From Nemertoderma westbladi (lineage: Eukaryota; Animalia; Xenacoelomorpha), in the NCBI GenBank assembly GCA_032718475.1, contig JAUCBJ010001893.1:1-40806 (forward strand): 40,806 nt of DNA, read 5' to 3'. Under the pieces are notes generated by a model. The model made no database searches and was not told where the DNA came from. It worked only from the letters and a program-made list of their open reading frames with translations. Positions 11,484-21,870 of the stretch are shown one piece after another. Position numbers and translations under genes: made by a program. The first letter of the stretch is position 1. Every line of letters begins with the position of its first letter.

Positions 11484-13850
11484 GCCAAGGGTGATCTTCC
11501 ACATTAAACCCTTCCACTCTGTTCCCCAAAGGAATGCCTTTTCACCACCATGGGTGATCTTCCACAGTAAATCCTTCCACTCTGTTCCCCAAAGGAATGC
11601 CTTTTCACCACCATGGGTGATCTTCCACAGTAAATCCTTCCACTCTGTTTCCCAAAGGAATGCCTTTTCACCACCATGGGTGATCTTCCACAGTAAACAC
11701 TTCCACTCTGTTTCCTAAATGAATGCCTGTTTACCACCACGGGTGATCTTCCACAGTAAACCCTTCCACTCTGTTTCCCAAAGGAATGCCTTTTCACCAC
11801 CATGGGTGATCTTCCACAGTAAACACTCCACTCTGTCTCCTAAATGAATGCCTGTTCACCACCATGGGTGATCTTCCACAGTAAACACTTCCACTCTGTT
11901 TGCTAAATGAATGTCTGTTCGCCACCATTGGTGATCTTCCACATTAAACCCTCCCACTCTGTTCCCCAAAGGAATGCCTTTTCACCACCATGGGTGATCT
12001 TCCACAGTAAACACTCCACTCTGTTTCCTAAATGAATGCCTGTTCACCACCATGGGTGATCTTCCACAGTAAACACTTCCACTCTGTTTCCTAAATGAAT
12101 GTCTGTTCGCCACCATTGGTGATCTTCCACATTAAACACTTCCACTCTGTTTGCTAAATGAATGCCTGTTCACCACCATGGGTGATCTTCCACAGTAAAT
12201 CCTTCCACTCTGTTTCCCAAAGGAATGCCTTTTCACCACCATGGGTGATCTTCCACAGTAATCACTTCCACTCTGTTTCCTAAATGAATGCCTGTTCACC
12301 ACCACGGGTGATCTTCCACAGTAAACCCTTCCACTCTGTTTCCCAAAGGAATGCCTTTTCACCACCATGGGTGATCTTCCACAGTAAACACTCCACTCTG
12401 TTTCCTAAATGAATGCCTGTTCACCAAAACTGGTGATCTTCCACAGTAAACCCTTCCACTCTGTTTCCCAAAGGAATGCCTTTTCACCACCATGGGTGAT
12501 CTTCCACAGTAAACACTCCACTCTGTTTCCTAAATGAATGCCTGTTCACCACCATGGGTGATCTTCCACAGTAAACACTTCCACTCTGTTTGCTAAATGA
12601 ATGTCTGTTCGCCACCATTGGTGATCTTCCACATTAAACCCTTCCACTCTGTTCCCCAAAGGAATGCCTTTTCACCACCATGGGTGATCTTCCACAGTAA
12701 ATCCTTCCACTCTGTTTCCCAAAGGAATGCCTTTTCACCACCATGGGTGATCTTCCACAGTAAACACTTCCACTCTGTTTCCTAAATGAATGCCTGTTCA
12801 CCACCACGGGTGATCTTCCACAGTAAACCCTTCCACTCTGTTTCCCAAATGAATGCCTTTTCACCACCATGGGTGATCTTCCACAGTAAACACTCCACTC
12901 TGTTTCCTAAATGAATGGCTGTTCACCACCATGGGTGATCTTCCACAGTAAACACTTCCACTCTGTTTCCCATAGGAATGCCTTTTCACCACCATGGGTG
13001 ATCTTCCACAGTAAACACTCCACTCTGTTTCCTAAATGAATGCCTGTTCACCACCATGGGTGATCTTCCACAGTAAACACTTCCACTCTGTTTCCTAAAT
13101 GAATGTCTGTTCGCCACCATTGGTGATCTTCCACATTAAACCCTTCCACTCTGTTCCCCAAAGGAATGCCTGTTCACCACCATGGGTGATCTTCCACAGT
13201 AAATCCTTCCACTCTGTTTCCCAAAGGAATGCCTTTTCACCACCATGGGTGATCTTCCACAGTAAACACTTCCACTCTGTTTCCTAAATGAATGCCTGTT
13301 CACCACCACGGGTGATCTTCCACAGTAAACCCTTCCACTCTGTTTTCCGAAGGAATGCCTTTTCACCACCATGGGTGATCTTCCACAGTAAACGCTCCAC
13401 TCTGTTTCCTAAATGAATGCCTGTTCACCACCATGGGTGATCTTCCACAGTAAACACTTCCACTCTGTTTCCTAAATGAATGTCTGTTCGCCACCATTGG
13501 TGATCTTCCACATTAAACCCTTCCACTCTGTTCCCCAAAGGAATGCCTTTTCACCACCATGGGTGATCTTCCACAGTAAACACTTCCACTCTGTTTCCTA
13601 AATGAATGCTGTTCACCACCATGGGTGATCTTCCACAGTAAACCTTCCACTCTGTTTCCCAAAGGAATGCCTGTTCACCACCATGGGTGATCTTCCACAG
13701 TAAAACCTTCCACTCTGTTTCCCAAAGGAATGCCTTTTCACCACCATGGGTGATCTTCCACCGTAAACCCTTCCATTCTGTTTCCTAAATGAATGCATGT
13801 TCACCACCATGGGTGATCTTCCATAATAAACCCTTCCACTCTGTTTTCCA
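11484..13850. repeat. 63-bp satellite, ~37 copies, with higher-order (~502 bp, 8-mer) periodicity
   Basis: Unit CCACCATGGGTGATCTTCCACAGTAAACCCTTCCACTCTGTTTCCCAAAGGAATGCCTTTTCA, 63-bp spacing (11549 to 11612). Equivalent ORFs recur 502 bp apart (ends 12368, 12870, 13372). Confidence 0.97.
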
Positions 13851-14024
13851 AGTTACCATGTTTCTCATTTATCGACCAGCAAAAGATGAAAACCTCGGTA
13901 GAGCTAGTCTGCAGCATTTAAAGTCCCGTGCCAAAACAGTAAAAAAAAAATGCGTCGTACAGGTAGCGAATCTGGAGTCTCCTGAATGAAAACCCAGATT
14001 GGTAACACTAAATCAAGCTGCTGC
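13851..14024 (-). mobile_element. Degenerate tRNA-derived SINE head plus Deu/Nin-like domain, running directly into the 63-bp satellite
   Basis: Minus strand has an A-box-like TTGATTTAGTG, a TTTTCAT loop and a B-box-like AGATTCGCTACC. Then ACCGAGGTTTTCATCTTTTGCTGGTCGATAAATGAG, which aligns with ACCCAGCCTTTCATCCACTGGGGTTGATAAAATGAG of the SINE at 20212-20451. Confidence 0.6.
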
Positions 14025-14196
14025 TTAGTCTATGAATTGAATATGAAAATATAAATAATATAATTTATAATTGTAGGCCTCCTCTAACTGAAACTATTTG
14101 AGTATAAATATAAATGTAAACTATAACTGCAGTAAAATATGTGACTTAGAGGAAGTATGAGAAAGTTGGGAAAAGTATATATCCTGTATATAATGA

Positions 14197-14357
14197 CAGG
14201 GGCGATAAAGGACCAGGGGCGATAAAGACTCGGGGGCGATAAAGACCCAGTGGCGGTGAGTTCCTAAAAACTTAGAACTGGGGGGCGATAAGTTCCCAAC
14301 AAAAATACAATTTATAGGGGCGATAAAATTCCAGGGGCGATAAGGTCCTGCTTCGCA
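14197..14357. repeat. Cluster of GGGGCGATAA direct repeats, probably the subterminal region of a DNA transposon
   Basis: About six copies of GGGGCGATAA within 160 bp. No partner end seen. Confidence 0.55.
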
Positions 14358-14633
14358 TTGATATATTACATATTGAATATACATTTCAATAAATATATAA
14401 ACATAATAATATTATTGGGCCCAATCTTATATCCCATGAGAACTGCTTTTGATGTTTATTTTGTAAGGTCATCCATTGAGAAAAGTCCTTGTCGCATTAT
14501 CTTATTTGCCACTGCGGAAACAAGTGTAATAAAGGTAATGTTGACAAAAAAGTGCGAATTTTTGGCGATTCACGTATATATTGAGTGGCGCCTGAGCACT
14601 AGGTCATTTAGTTGAGAAGGATTGAAAACTAAC

Positions 14634-14929
14634 CTTTTAGTAGAATATGTTTGTAGTTGTAACACACGTAGTTTATCTGTGTAACCATTACCATCTTCAT
14701 CTTTACCCCACCCAAGAGCAATGCTTGTAGAGCCTTCAGGTACTATCACATCTTGGCAATCCTTTGTAATCATAATAGGAATTGGTCTAATTTTGTCATT
14801 AAAAACCAATTCTTGTTCCAGTTCAAGCAAAGCTATATCGTAAAGAGATGAGTGCGTCGAGCGATATGCTTCGTGTATTATAATTTGCTTAATATAAACC
14901 AATATAAACCATTCACGACTCCAAAAATA
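14634..14929 (-). CDS. S1A serine protease exon (catalytic Asp)
   Basis: Encodes IIIHEAY..YDIALLEL..FNDKIRPI..ALGWG..LRVLQL. Acceptor TTTTTTTTCAG ends at 14930; donor AG|GTTAGT at 14633. The 5' boundary is less certain. Confidence 0.85.
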
Positions 14930-15161
14930 CTGAAAAAAAAGATTATTTTTTTAATGTCATAATATTTACAATATAAATTAGACACTTACCAATCTGACTT
15001 GCGACTACTCTCGACACGATGAAAGCATGGCTTATGGCCTATATACGCCTATTTATCGAAATGGCCAATCTACAATAACAAACAAATGTAATCTCGCGGG
15101 TAGCTTTACCAGCTGTACAGCAAGTGTTTAACATTAACACAATTATTTTATATCCACATAC

Positions 15162-15362
15162 ATAAGGAGTATACATTCTTCTTCCAGTGTAGTCATCACC
15201 ATACAGGTAGTGTCTCCCTGGGTGCACGCGTATCTCATTTAACCGATCTTTATAATCGTCCACACAATGGGCTGCTGTTAGAATCCACTTGGATGTGATT
15301 ACAGATCCGCCGCAAAAGTGTTCCCATTCCCACAGTAAACTCCTGTATCTTTTTATTGATAC
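15162..15362 (-). CDS. S1A serine protease exon (catalytic His)
   Basis: Encodes VSIKRY..HFCGGSVITSKWILTAAHCV. Acceptor TTTTTCTAATTAG ends at 15363; probable donor GTATGT at 15161. Confidence 0.88.
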
Positions 15363-15827
15363 CTAATTAGAAAAAGTTAACCCAACAATTTCTATTTACT
15401 CCCTCTACTGCAGGAATTATCATTTTTTAGTCAAATGTTTTTTCACGCAAAAATTGGTTAAAAATATACAAATTAAAATAAAACTATTATTCAATTTTTT
15501 TTTAAATCGCTATAATTCTAATGTTTTTTTTACTCAATTCTAGAAGCTTTGAAAGTTTTTGTTGTTGAAATTTAATGATGGAAAATTGACATTATATTTA
15601 ATGTGCCAGTTATAAAGAAATTATCAGAAAATTATGTGTTCAATAGTCTTTATGGGAAACGTTCATTCGTCTCTCCCGCAATGCCAGCATCCTAGCTTCG
15701 GAACATTCCCAGCAACCCAGCTTTGATATCAGCACTATAATTAATTTATATTGTTATTCAAGTTAAAAAAATATAAAAAATAAATTTTTACTCAATTCGC
15801 GTTATTTTATGCTACACCGGGGACATT

Positions 15828-15920
15828 GGGCTTGCCAATTGTGGATTGCATGGTGGTGTCAAAATGTTTTAGTTATGCTAGCATAGCATCTCAATGTAGC
15901 AAGCCGATTTTAGTAGTAGT
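15828..15920 (+). mobile_element. 3' UTR/tail fragment of the diverged RTE-group family
   Basis: GCCAATTGTGGATTGCATGGTGGTG..TAGCATCTCAATGT..GCCGATTTTAGTAGTAG matches the reverse complement of 2335-2440. Confidence 0.7.
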
Positions 15921-16267
15921 TGTATGTTGATAAGCAAGTCTAAAATTGATACATACACTGATATCTCATAGTTTTTCCAAAGTTACAACTCCCAAGAAGT
16001 ATTATTTCAATACATAATACAGTATGGTGTACTTTGCAGCATAGAGCACCGACATTATCATCAAAAACAACATTACTGGTTTTATAGGGAATCAGAAATC
16101 CATGGTTTGACAAGCTGAGTATGATATTTACCTCCTTTCGAAAAAGATTCCGGGATTAATGTTGTTAATGTTAATTCGAGGTCCAGTTCTAGGATGAGCT
16201 GTGCCTCTCTTTGAGCCACTCTCCTTGGCCTCAGTCACAAAGCCAAGCCTAATTCCGGTTTCGCTAG

Positions 16268-16482
16268 GATTGAAGCTGCACATTGAGATGCTATGCTGTC
16301 TTAACAAAAATATTGTAGCCACCACCATGCAATCCACAATTGGCATGCTCCAATGTATTAATTAAGCTATGCGGGTTTATCGACAAAATTGCCATGACTT
16401 TCGCGAAATGTTCGCCATCTTCAAGGCCAGTTTACTTTTAGAGGCTTCTCGTTAAATTTATGGGCTGACCACCATGCTTTGC
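16268..16482 (-). mobile_element. 3' fragment of the diverged RTE-group family
   Basis: ATTGAAGCTGCACATTGAGATGCTA..CACCACCATGCAATCCACAATTGGCA..CCATGACTTTCGCGA..GGGCTGACCACCATGCTTT is colinear with 2357-2598. Confidence 0.75.
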
Positions 16483-16748
16483 TTATTTCTGTTAGAGACT
16501 TGATTGGAGACTTGGATTTGGTTTGATTGGGTAAATAGTGTCGAGACTGGAGCCTATAGAGAATTCTTAAACTTCGTAAAGTGACATTATTTTTTCATCC
16601 ATTCATTCGGTTTATTACGTGACTCGGGGTGGGTGATTGATTTATACGGCATATTTTTATGTTAATATTTTGATTATTTAGTTGATTTTAGGACTGCCTG
16701 TTCAATAGAAGTGGATTAGGTGGGAGTGTAAGTGTCAGGGACTAGTGG

Positions 16749-16813
16749 CTGAGCTGGTTAGCGCTACTGATGAGGCCTGTTAGGCCGAAACGTACGTATA
16801 GCGCTGGTTCAAC
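16749..16813 (+). ncRNA. Type I minimal hammerhead ribozyme
   Basis: Stem I TAGCGCTA/TAGCGCTG; core CTGATGA 16767-16773; stem II GGCCT-GTT-AGGCC; GAAA; short stem III AC-GTAC-GT; cleavage triplet GTA 16796-16798. Confidence 0.9.
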
Positions 16814-17049
16814 CCCCGGTGACGCGCTTTCTCATTTGTTCCATTTCTGAACAAAACCATAATATTACATCTAAGTTAGAGTGACCGATCGCCACAAAAC
16901 TGTAAAAATAGTGAATCCCATATTATGCTAAGCTTGCTGACTTCGCCCCATATATATTCAACCCATAACTAACACCCTCCATAAGTCAGCATGACAAAAA
17001 TTGAAGTGGGATGGAGGTTGTTTATGTAAATATAATAAATATTACTTAC

Positions 17050-17235
17050 GATCCAAGGGTATCGGACCTTTGCAATTTCTCCATTAATTATCCTCTTTTG
17101 TAACATATCCCCTATATCTTTAGGTATTTCTGGTTCTCTGCTTCGTTCAACATCTTTCACATCCTCAAGAGAGGCAGATGAACAAGCGGGCGAAACAGTT
17201 ACAAAAATAGCAATAATTATCACAAGAAATGACAT
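17050..17235 (-). CDS. S1A serine protease first exon (signal peptide, propeptide, activation site)
   Basis: Hydrophobic MSFLVIIIAIFVTVSPACSS, charged propeptide, then QKR|IINGEIAKVRYPWI. Donor GTAAGT at 17049, phase 0. The four exons total 993 nt (330 aa plus stop). Confidence 0.88.
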
Positions 17236-17495
17236 AATTATTATATCAATATAAGTATATATAAGTAAGGGGAAGGCATGGGCTGTACAACATGCCGATT
17301 AAAGATAGGTAAATTAATACTTTTGGACAATGATACATTTGTTTTGTTACCAATTAGGCCTACGGTACATGTTTATGTTGTATGTCCGGTACATACTACT
17401 AATATTATTATTATGTTTATTTTCGTACAAATTATGATATAATAGTACAGCCAAATGAATATATAATTTAATTATATTTATAATTGATTATTAAT

Positions 17496-17912
17496 CAACA
17501 CAAAACAGAACAAAACAAAATTTACAAATAGAAAACCCACCACCACACAAAATTAATATGTAAAATATATAACCTCAGAACTGGTCTGCTAGCCCTACGC
17601 CTCGCAGACCGGCCCCATCTCCGAACCCCAATCCCCGCCACGACCGTCGCCACCCCGGAGGCAGAGGGAGCTGGACCGGAGGAGTGCGAACTGCAGTCGC
17701 CGTCGAACACCCCCGAGCACGCACGCGAGGCCCCTCTCTCGCATACCATCTCGCCTCGCCACGAGTGTCTCGGCGATATGGCCGATAAGGATCTGGGCCT
17801 CGGTGCTCCAGAAACCATCGGTGGTGCCGACCAGAGGGGTGAAGGACATCCTCCGGTCTTCGCAGACGGTCCGGTAGTGCAGCTTCTTGAGCCGACACCG
17901 CTGCTCCGCTAT
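17496..17912 (-). mobile_element. 3' fragment of a CRE-clade non-LTR retrotransposon (restriction-like endonuclease C-terminus)
   Basis: GC-rich island translating KKLHYRTVCEDRRMSFTPLVGTTDGFW..RRRLQFALLRSSSLCLRG and (frameshifted) WRGLGFGDGAGL, the characteristic CRE C-terminal pattern. T-rich (TTTTG) tail. Flanked by ~30-40 bp imperfect direct repeats at 17455 and 17913. Confidence 0.75.
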
Positions 17913-17979
17913 ATGAATATATACGTAATTATATTTATAATTAATAAATTAATTAATTATAATTATATATATAATATAG

Positions 17980-18860
17980 AATTAGACCTCACATAGAGAG
18001 ACTGCTGCAGAGCCAAAATGGATTTTCGACGAAATAGATCAACAATAGCTCAGATACTTGAGCTATGGAGAATGATTGAGGGAATTAAGTCAAAGAATCT
18101 CCCCGCCATCCTGATTTTTGTGGACTTCAAGAATGCATTCGACTCAATCAATAGAGGTAAAATGCTGGAAATCCTAAGAGCTTATGGAATAGCAGAGGTA
18201 ATTGTGGCTGGCATTGGATTATTATATTGTGACACAGAAGCTCAGGTACTCTCACCAGACACTACAGACCAGACAGTACCTTGGGTCATGGATAAAGAGT
18301 AGCAAATTACATAGAAGTTCCTAACATAGAAGTTAGGAAAGCAAAGGCTTGGGTAGCTCTATCAAAAATTGATACTATCTGGAAGTCAGAACTCTCGATG
18401 CACCTGAAGGCTAAGTTCTTTCGAGCCTCAGAGGAAAGTGTACTTTTATATGGGGGTGAGACCTGTACACTGACGAAATCACTTGAACACCGAATTGATG
18501 GTTGCTACACAAGACTACTAAGGGCAGCCCTAAACATCAGCTGGAGACAACACATGACAAACGCCGAGCTCTATGGTATTATACCACCTGTTTCAACCAC
18601 CCTCCGTGAACGCAGATTAAGATTCAGCGGGCACTGCTGGAGAAGTAAAGACGAGGTCATACCAGATCTACTTTTCTGACAACAAACATAAGGAAAGCAT
18701 AGCCGTGGACAACCGGCTATAACATATATAGATCAACTTGAAAGGGATACTGAACTTGGGAGAAACGAAATAGCGACAACAATGGAGAATCGGGAAGCCT
18801 GGAAGGATCTCATTTCCACTGTCCGAGTTCGCTCGACCTAGTAGTAGTAGTAGTATTAGT
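17980..18860 (+). mobile_element. Internally deleted RTE-group LINE copy
   Basis: FRRNRST..QI..IFVDFKNAFDSINR followed directly by the C-terminal ESVLLYG..RFSGHCWR; the RT core is deleted near 18260-18320. (TAG)n tail at 18839-18860. Confidence 0.9.
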
Positions 18861-19102
18861 ACAGTCAAGCACAAGAAACACAAAAAAGTAAATTCATTTG
18901 TAAGTCGTACTCGCCTCATAAGCAACGGTAATTATTATATACACATTTTTGAATTATTTTCAATCTAAAATAGGTCCAGTAGCAATGGTTTCGTAATAAT
19001 TTGTATAATCCTCTTCACTTAGCATTGGTAATGTCAATGGTTATTTGAATAGAAATGTTAATGTCAATGATAGCTATATAATAACAATAGAAAACAAAGA
19101 CT

Positions 19103-20098
19103 ATGGCGATTTGGTGGAGAGATAAAGTAAAGGAATGTGAGAGAATCCGCAAGAGTTACAAGATTTGCTCAACAATCCATCTACATCAGGATATATTTTA
19201 GACTGAATTAACTGAGGACGAGTACACTTTTGAACTTCTATATAGAGACTTTAAACGATTTACATATACAAACAACGATGGCACGTATATGGACTTTCTT
19301 ACCACTGGTCACCCTGCAGAACTTTTCTATATTGATGACAATGATGCCACGTTGCAAATGAGAATGTAACAACATCATTATAAACAACAGAAACTCGATA
19401 TTGAAAAGAGAGTCTTTTAGATCTGTTATATTGAATACTCAAGAAACTCGTTACACTCCAATTCAAGACAATTTAATAACTATATATATTATAGATTTGT
19501 TACGCAAAACCTATCTTTATATCACCAGCCAACAAACCGTCTCTATATCGTACTCGAATGGAATACATCCGGACCTGATCATGGAATTGAAACATTTGTA
19601 TCATACGATGATTTATCTTACGCAAGACAAACCATCATGGAAAGCTATTGCAAATCCAGACAAATGTCAATCGCTATAAGTAAGCATGACTTTCGATTTT
19701 GGCATCTGAGTTTTGACTGCCCTCATCCCAATTAACAAATTGATAGGACCGCAGCCAAATGTCCCGCTCACAGCAGTCACAGCACAATTTATCAATCCTA
19801 TGGCAGTTATGGAAAGGGTTTTTGCAAATTGGCTTCTGACTTCTCGTCAAAATCGAACACCCTTCGAAAACAAAAGTGGGTACTACCTCATTTGCTGGAG
19901 ATGACTCTGTTACCCATGGCATACCCACAATACTTTCGAGAGAATGACTACCAGGTATGCCATGCCACCTATGAGGAATATGTAGATCTTGTGTTACTGG
20001 AAAAACTGGTTTTACTCTCCTGTCTTCCAGTACATGGATCTATTACTGGTACCAGTACAGATTTTACACAATACACACCTGAAATAATTACTTATTAA
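19103..20098 (+). pseudogene. Decayed paralog of the unknown protein at 38471
   Basis: ELLYRDF..YTNNDGTYMDFLTTGHPAELFYIDD, LLRKTYLYITSQQ..YSNGIHPDLIMELKHLYHTMIYLTQDKP and DLVLLEKLV align in order with the 38.5-39.5 kb ORFs. Several stops and frameshifts. Confidence 0.8.
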
Positions 20099-20211
20099 TT
20101 ATTAATTATTATGTATTAATTTAGGGTGGTAGATACAGGCGGTATTGTACCATAAAGCTCGGTGTTTGTCATGTGTTGTCTCCAGCTGATGTTTAGGGCT
20201 GCCCTTAGTAG

Positions 20212-20451
20212 CAAAAGCAAGCAAGCAAAGTAAACAGTAGACCGAAGCGTCCCGAAGGCTCCTCTTTCGATAGCTGCTACCCTAGGGTGGGTGGGCATTA
20301 CACCTATCCCAAGATTTGCTCCCAGTAATTTAACTGGTACTCATTTTATCAACCCCAGTGGATGAAAGGCTGGGTGGACCCTGGCGGGGCTGAACCTACA
20401 ACCACTAGATTGCAGGCCTGGCACTCAACCAACTGAGCTACCCCGCCGTAA
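20212..20451 (-). mobile_element. tRNA-derived SINE with Deu/Nin-type central domain, inserted in the LINE
   Basis: Head GGCGGGGTAGCTCAGTTGG..CTGCAAT..GGTTCAGCCCCGCCA; domain CCCAGCCTTTCATCC..GGGGTTGATAAAATGAGTACCAG; tail (TTGC)n. AGTAG is duplicated at 20207-20211 and 20452-20456, and the LINE resumes colinearly. Confidence 0.88.
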
Positions 20452-21690
20452 AGTAGTCTTGTGTAGCAACTATCAATTCGTTGTTCAAGTGATTTAGTCA
20501 GTGTTCAGGTCTCACCCCCGTATAAAAATACACTTTCCACTGTGGCTTGAAAGAACTTAGTCTTCAGGTGCCTGGAGAGATCTGATTTCCAGATGGTATC
20601 CATTTTTGATAGAGCTACCCAAGCCTTTGCTTTACTAACTTCTATGTCCTTTTTGCTACTCTCTATCCATGATCCTAGGTACTGGAAGTCGTCAACCTTC
20701 CTTAGTTGATTATTATCAATGGTTGTCAAGTTTCCATCAACATTAAAGGTCATGAATTCGGTCTTGGTAGCATGTATATGCAAACCAACCTCATTAGCAG
20801 CCCTCTCCACTTTATTTAGTAGAAGCTGTGCATCTGCTAGCGTATTAGAGAGCAGGGCGATGTCATCCGCAAAGTCGATGTCTGTGACTGTAGTTGTCGT
20901 ATATCTACTACTCTATTTCTAGCATTTTATCTCCTTGAATGGAGTCGAATGCCTTCTTGAAGACCACAAAAGTCATGACTGTGGGAAGATTCTTTGACTT
21001 AATTCCTTCAATCAGTTTCCATAGTGCAAGTATCTGAGCTATTGTTGATCTATTTCGTCGAAATCCGTTTTGGCTCATACGCACTAGTTTCTCTATGTGA
21101 GGCCTAATCTATCTATCTATGTGTTGTCTGTGAGACCACAAGCAGACAGATCCCACAATAGTTTGTTGGTATACCGAGGTCTCCTTTCTTGAGGAGAGTG
21201 TTTAGTTGACCTTTAGTCCAAATTGGTGGTGGCTTTTCTCCTATTAACATCCGGTTGCAAACATTCAATAATGATCTGTTTAGCACTCCTGCTTCCCATT
21301 CCTCCGCTGGGATTTCATCTAAACCACTCACTTTATTATTGGACATGCTTGTAATGCTTGTTTGGAGTTCGGCAGGTGTGAAGTCCCCTGTTTCTATAGG
21401 TAGTGTCTTGTCATACATTTTCCTTGTAGAGCTGACTCGATATTTGGTGGCTGCCCAAGCAAGTTGCTGAAGTGATTTTTCCACTTCCCAACACGTTCTT
21501 CAGGACTATCGGCTTTGAGACGTCCCTTTGCACAACTTTTCCGACCAGATACCTCATTTACAGTTTGCCAGGTAAGTCTTGATTGTTGCTGTATGTGAGC
21601 AGTTGTCATTGCTTCAATTTTATCCTGTATGTACTTTTCCTGGCTGATGTTGAAGGCCAATTTAAGATCGTCCTTAGCTTTCTCAACCTT

Positions 21691-21870
21691 ATATTTTATT
21701 TATATAAATATTTAACATCAAGCTACTAATAGTAATAATATTTAACGTCAAGCTACTAATAGTAAAAAACCGTACCCATTAGGTATGTACAACACGTAAA
21801 TAAAAATCGACTGGAGACCCAAACATGCATGTAATAGTGATCAGCTGGCAGCAGTCAGCTGATCACTGCT
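21691..21870 (-). mobile_element. 180-bp insertion related to the Penelope pseudo-LTR end, with 14-bp TSD
   Basis: GCTTTCTCAACCTT at 21677-21690 and 21871-21884. Internal TGCATGTAATAGTGATCAGCTGGCAGCAGTCAGCTGATC resembles TGCATGCAATCAGTGATCAGCTGACGGCAGCCAGCTGATC at 9602-9641. Confidence 0.75.

Noticed and set aside
11482-13810. Repeat-protein ORFs (21-aa units) in the 63-bp array
   Set aside because: By-products of a unit length divisible by three; broken by 62-bp variants and stops.
20380-20447. Functional tRNA-Cys gene
   Set aside because: The T arm is shortened and the sequence continues into a SINE body with tail and TSD.
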